Shown here: piece by piece, positions 59,944 to 64,000 of the stretch
How the letters are laid out: every line of letters begins with the position of its first letter
Numbering within the stretch: position 1 is the stretch's first letter
NCBI GenBank assembly: GCA_963555825.3
Contig: CAUVXB020000002.1
Span: 3,040,001 to 3,104,000 of the forward strand
DNA length: 64,000 nucleotides
Origin: Alphaproteobacteria bacterium
GTDB taxonomy: Bacteria; Pseudomonadota; Alphaproteobacteria; JAAXGF01
Direction of reading: 5' to 3'
Translations under genes and position numbers: made by a program
The notes under the pieces: generated by a model
The model's database searches: none
What the model saw: only the letters and a program-made list of their open reading frames with translations
What the model was told of the DNA's origin: nothing

Positions 59944-62900
59944 TATGGACGGCCGTCTTTGGGCCAGGTGACGACGTTGTCGTCGACGCCGGGCTCGGGC
60001 TCGGCGCCGCCGCCGGCGACGGCGCGGACCGGCGCCGGTTCGGCCAGGACGGGCTCAGGCGCCGGCGCGGCCGGTTCGGTGACCGGCTCGGTCTCGTGTG
60101 GCTTGGGCGCGCTGACGCCCAGGAAGACGCTCATCAGCGGCGGCACGATGACCAGCGTCAGTAACGCCGAGAGCGCCAGGCCGCCGACCACCACCGAGCC
60201 GAGGCCGCGGTAGAGCTCGGAACCGGCGCCCGGGAACAGCACCAGCGGCAGCATGCCGACGACGCTGGTCAGCGTCGACATGAAGATCGGGCGCAGCCGG
60301 TTGCGCGTCGCCTCCTGGATCGCGTCGCCCGCCGCCAGGCCCTCGTCGCGCATCAGGTATAGCGTCTGGTGGACCAACAGGATCGCATTGTTGACGACGA
60401 TGCCGATCAGAATGACGAAGCCGAGCATGGTCAGCATGTCCAAGGGCTGGAAGACGACCTGATTGAGCGCGACCAAGCCGCCGACGCCGCCCGCCGCGGC
60501 CAGCGGCACCGACAACAGGATGATCAGCGGATAGACGAAGCTCTCGAACAGCACCGCCATGAGCAAGTAGGTGATGGCGAGCGCAATCAACATGAACAGC
60601 TTCATCGACTGCCAAGTCTGCGTCAGCTTGTCGGCGGTGCCCGAAAGTTTGAGCCGGACACCGCCCGGCAGCCCGTCGCGCTCGAGCGGCGCGATGACCA
60701 TCGTCCGCAGCGTCTCGATCGCCGTCTCGAGCGGAATTTCCGGCGCCGGGTTGATCTTGAGTGTCACCGTGCGGACGCGCTCGCGGTGGCGGATCTCGGT
60801 CGGCCCCACGGTCATCTCGATGTCGGCGAGCGAGCTGAGCGGCAGGATCAGGCCGGAGGCGGTGACCACCGGGATCTGGCCGATGCCCTGGGTCTCGGCG
60901 ATGTGGTTCTGAGGACCCTGCAGGGTAAGATCGATGCGCCGGCCGTCGACCGTCACCTCGGCGACGCGCAGGCCCGAGTTGAAGGCGTCGACGCTCTGCG
61001 CCAGGCCGATCGCGGTCAGGCCGTTGTCGGCGACGCGCACCGGATCGGGCACCACGCGCACCTCGGGCGCGCCCAGTTCGAGCCCGGGGATCGGCCGGTA
61101 CTGGTTGCCTTCGTCGCGCGGCAAGGCGGCGGCGATCAGCCCCATCGCGCGCCGCGCCGCGCCAAGCGTGAGTTCGAGGTCCGGCCCCGAGACGTCGAGG
61201 TCGATCGAGCGGCCGCCGCCGATGCTGCGCCCGAACAGCGGATACTGGCTGATCGAGCCGAAGGTGCCGGGCTCGCGGAAGGCGGCCGCCTGCAGGATGG
61301 GGATCAGCTCCTTTGCGCGATCGGGGTCGACCGCGGCGGCGCCGAGAAAGGTCGAGGCGTGGTGCGCGACGAAGAAGAATCGATCCATCTTGGGTGGCTC
61401 GCCGGGCGCCGATTCGGGGCCGGTCTCGGTCCGCCAGTAGGGCCGCGTCGCCGCTTCGATCTTCGAGGCGATCGCCGTGGTCGTCTCGAGATTGTAGCCC
61501 GGCGGTGGCAGAATATAGCCGAACACCAGATTGCGGTTGCCCGAAGGCAGGTATTCGAGTTTCGGCAAGAACAGGTAGCTCGCCGTTGCGGCGGCGGCGC
61601 AGATCACGCCGACGACGACCAGCGACAGGAGCCGGCTGAGCGTTACTTGGCGGGTGAAGCCGAGCACCGAGCGCGAGAACAGCCTGGCGAAGCCGTCGAT
61701 GCCGGGCAGCGGCATGCGCGTCTGCTCGCCCTCGACCAGCAGCCGATTGGCGAGCGCCGGGATGACAGTGATCGAGACCAGCAGCGAAAGCAGGACAGAG
61801 ACCGAGATCGCCACCGCGATGTCACGGAACAACTGGCCGACCTCGAGCTCGAGCACGAGGATCGGGACGAACACCATGACCGTGGTGAGCGCCGAGACGA
61901 GCACCGCGCTCCAGACCTGCTTGGCGCCATTGTAGGCGGCCTCGCGGCGCGGCACGCCCTGCTCGCGCAGCCGATAGATGTTCTCCAGAACGACGATCGC
62001 GGCGTCGACCACCATGCCGACCGCGAACGCGATGCCTGCGAGCGAGATGACGTTGATCGAGCGGCCCATCGCGGCCATCGCGACGAAGGCGCCGATCACC
62101 GAGACCGGGATCGCCAGCGAGATGATCAGCGTGGCGCGCGGCGAACGCAGGAACAAGAGCAGGATGATCGCCGCCAGGACGCCGCCGATCCAAATGTTCT
62201 GGCGCACCAGATCGATCGCCGAGTTGATGTAGACGGTCTCGTCGTAGACATGCCGGAACTTCAGCCCGGCCGCCTTGAGCGGACCCGCCTTGAGCTCTTC
62301 GACCGCCTCGCGGATGCCCGCCATGGTCTCGATCACGTTGGCGCCGGCCTCGCGTTTGGCGCTCATCGCCATCGACACATCGCCGTTGTAGCGGATGTAC
62401 GAGGTGGCATCCTTGTAGTCGAAGCGGACGTCGGCGATGTCGCCGACGGTGACCCGCGCGAAGCGGCCCGACTGGGCGTCCTCGACACTGCGCAAGACGA
62501 CGTTGCGTACCCGGGGCAGCGAATTGAGCTCGGCGTCGGCACGCACGATATAGCGCCGTTTGCCCTCGTCGACATCGCCGGCCGAGACCGACAGGTTGGC
62601 CGCGCGCAGCGCGGCGATCACGTCGGGCACGGTCAGGCCGAAACGCGCCATACTCTGTGGATCGACGACGATGCGCAACTCGCGCTCGCTGCCGCCGTAG
62701 ACGTCGACGCGCGAGACGCCGGGAACGCGCTCGAGGCGGTCCTGAATGATGTCCAAGCCGAAGTCACCGTAGGTGTTCATCGGGCGCTCGTTGCCCTCGA
62801 CGCGGTTGAGCACGAACCAGGCGATCGACTGGTCCTCGGCGCCGGCGGTCCTGAGCGTCGGCTCGTCGACTTCTTCCGGGTAGCCGCTCACCCGGTCGAG

Positions 62901-63233
62901 GCGGTTGGCGGTCAGCAACAGCGCGCGGTTCATGTCCTGGCCGACGCGGAACTCGAGCTTGACGCGCGCGCGGCCGTCCTGCGCCCGGCCCTCGATTTCG
63001 ACCAGGCCCTCGAGGCCCTTGAGCACTTCTTCCTGGCGGTTGACGACCTCGCGCTCGATCTCGGCCGGCGCGCCGCCTGCCCAGTTGGTCGTGATCGTGA
63101 TGACCGGCCGGCGGACGTCGGGGGCGAGCTGGATCGGGATGATGCGCAGCGCCAGCACGCCGAACATCACCACCATCATGACGGCGGCGATGACGGCGAT
63201 CGGTCGGCCGATCGCGGCGCGGATCAGGTCCAC
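59943..63233 (-). CDS. RND efflux permease (AcrB/AcrD/AcrF family)
   Basis: GMVVDAAIVVLENI, GIVVNNAILLV, RLRPIFMSTLT. Confidence 0.96.
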   Translation of the reverse strand: MDLIRAAIGRPIAVIAAVMMVVMFGVLALRIIPIQLAPDVRRPVITITTNWAGGAPAEIEREVVNRQEEVLKGLEGLVEIEGRAQDGRARVKLEFRVGQDMNRALLLTANRLDRVSGYPEEVDEPTLRTAGAEDQSIAWFVLNRVEGNERPMNTYGDFGLDIIQDRLERVPGVSRVDVYGGSERELRIVVDPQSMARFGLTVPDVIAALRAANLSVSAGDVDEGKRRYIVRADAELNSLPRVRNVVLRSVEDAQSGRFARVTVGDIADVRFDYKDATSYIRYNGDVSMAMSAKREAGANVIETMAGIREAVEELKAGPLKAAGLKFRHVYDETVYINSAIDLVRQNIWIGGVLAAIILLLFLRSPRATLIISLAIPVSVIGAFVAMAAMGRSINVISLAGIAFAVGMVVDAAIVVLENIYRLREQGVPRREAAYNGAKQVWSAVLVSALTTVMVFVPILVLELEVGQLFRDIAVAISVSVLLSLLVSITVIPALANRLLVEGEQTRMPLPGIDGFARLFSRSVLGFTRQVTLSRLLSLVVVGVICAAAATASYLFLPKLEYLPSGNRNLVFGYILPPPGYNLETTTAIASKIEAATRPYWRTETGPESAPGEPPKMDRFFFVAHHASTFLGAAAVDPDRAKELIPILQAAAFREPGTFGSISQYPLFGRSIGGGRSIDLDVSGPDLELTLGAARRAMGLIAAALPRDEGNQYRPIPGLELGAPEVRVVPDPVRVADNGLTAIGLAQSVDAFNSGLRVAEVTVDGRRIDLTLQGPQNHIAETQGIGQIPVVTASGLILPLSSLADIEMTVGPTEIRHRERVRTVTLKINPAPEIPLETAIETLRTMVIAPLERDGLPGGVRLKLSGTADKLTQTWQSMKLFMLIALAITYLLMAVLFESFVYPLIILLSVPLAAAGGVGGLVALNQVVFQPLDMLTMLGFVILIGIVVNNAILLVHQTLYLMRDEGLAAGDAIQEATRNRLRPIFMSTLTSVVGMLPLVLFPGAGSELYRGLGSVVVGGLALSALLTLVIVPPLMSVFLGVSAPKPHETEPVTEPAAPAPEPVLAEPAPVRAVAGGGAEPEPGVDDNVVTWPKDGRP

Positions 63234-64000
63234 CTAACTGGCCCCATCGAATGTGACCGCCTGGCCGGGCATCAGACGTTCGTTGCCGCGGACCACGACG
63301 CGGTCGCCGGGTTGCAGGCCGTCGAGCACCTCGAAGCGCATTCCGAATGCCTCGCCCAGCTCGACGAAACGCGGTTGGGCGATGCCGTCGACGACGACGA
63401 AGACGCTGGCGCGCCCCTGCGCGCGGGTCACCGCGTCCTTGTGCACCGAGACGATCTCGCGCTGCTTGGCGATCGGCAGGTCGATCGAGGCCGACTGGCC
63501 ATCGGCGAGGCCCCGCGTGCCGCCGTCGAAACGCGGTGTGAAGCGCACCAAGCGGGTCCGCGTCTTCGAGTTCTCCTCGACGCCGACGGCGCGCAAGACG
63601 GCGCGGTGCGCGCTGCCGTCATCGAGCCGGAAGTCGACCTCGGTGCCGGGCGTCAGTGCCGCGATTCGGTCGAAGGGCACGTCGGCCTCGACCTCGAGAT
63701 CGCTGTCGTTGACCAGGGAAATGACAGGATCGCCGACGTCGAGGAAGGCGCCCGCCGAGGTGTGGCGCAGCGTCACTACGCCGTCGTAGGGCACGCGCAC
63801 CTGGGTGTTGGCGAGATCGTCCGCGGCGAGATTCAGTGCTGCCCTGGCGCGTAGGATGCCGGCCTGTGCCTGGTCGATCCGCGACAGCGCCTCGTGCGAC
63901 TGGGCGCGCGCCTCGTCGACCTGACTGGCCGCCACCACGACCTCTTGGCGCTGGTCATCGTGGCGCGCCTGCGAGTAGGCGGCCGAGCTGCGCAGATTCT
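63234..64000 (-). CDS. RND periplasmic adaptor (MFP), 5' end outside window
   Basis: Coiled-coil hairpin, VRVPYDGVV, TRT, GLQPGDRVVVRG. Confidence 0.92.
   Translation of the reverse strand, partial: NLRSSAAYSQARHDDQRQEVVVAASQVDEARAQSHEALSRIDQAQAGILRARAALNLAADDLANTQVRVPYDGVVTLRHTSAGAFLDVGDPVISLVNDSDLEVEADVPFDRIAALTPGTEVDFRLDDGSAHRAVLRAVGVEENSKTRTRLVRFTPRFDGGTRGLADGQSASIDLPIAKQREIVSVHKDAVTRAQGRASVFVVVDGIAQPRFVELGEAFGMRFEVLDGLQPGDRVVVRGNERLMPGQAVTFDGAS

Noticed and set aside
60369-63854. Very long alternative ORFs (1161 aa here; also 3454..5616, 421..2286, 21340..23139 and others)
   Set aside because: Antisense or off-frame shadows of well-supported genes, expected in high-GC DNA; no family motifs

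Overview
GC-rich alphaproteobacterial-type chromosomal window with no tRNA, rRNA or CRISPR array. It holds a heat-shock cluster (ibpA with an RpoH promoter and ROSE thermometer; groES-groEL with CIRCE; usg) and many amine/amino-acid uptake and catabolism genes: PotABCD-like ABC, two aminotransferases, a non-pyrrolysine MttB-family methyltransferase, TAXI-TRAP with USP and MmgE/PrpD, a D-amino-acid dehydrogenase, gdhA and a Dpp-like ABC operon. It also has a degP / PepSY-like two-component locus, an RND efflux operon and two copies of an ISKra4/ISLre2-like IS with 8-bp target duplications, one of which splits acetolactate synthase. Most notable: (1) a circularly permuted, 8-Cys family-5 peptide-binding protein heading a Cys-rich Dpp operon; (2) two in-frame TAG codons, one exactly at a hydrolase nucleophile position; (3) a ~140-160 nt structured MITE-like repeat in three copies; (4) an orphan secreted Cys-rich gene inserted between two copies of the 5' end of mmgE/prpD; (5) a DUF1127-like small ORF missing from the ORF track; (6) several gene fragments and long palindromes. 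All calls come from reading the sequence; no database searches were run.
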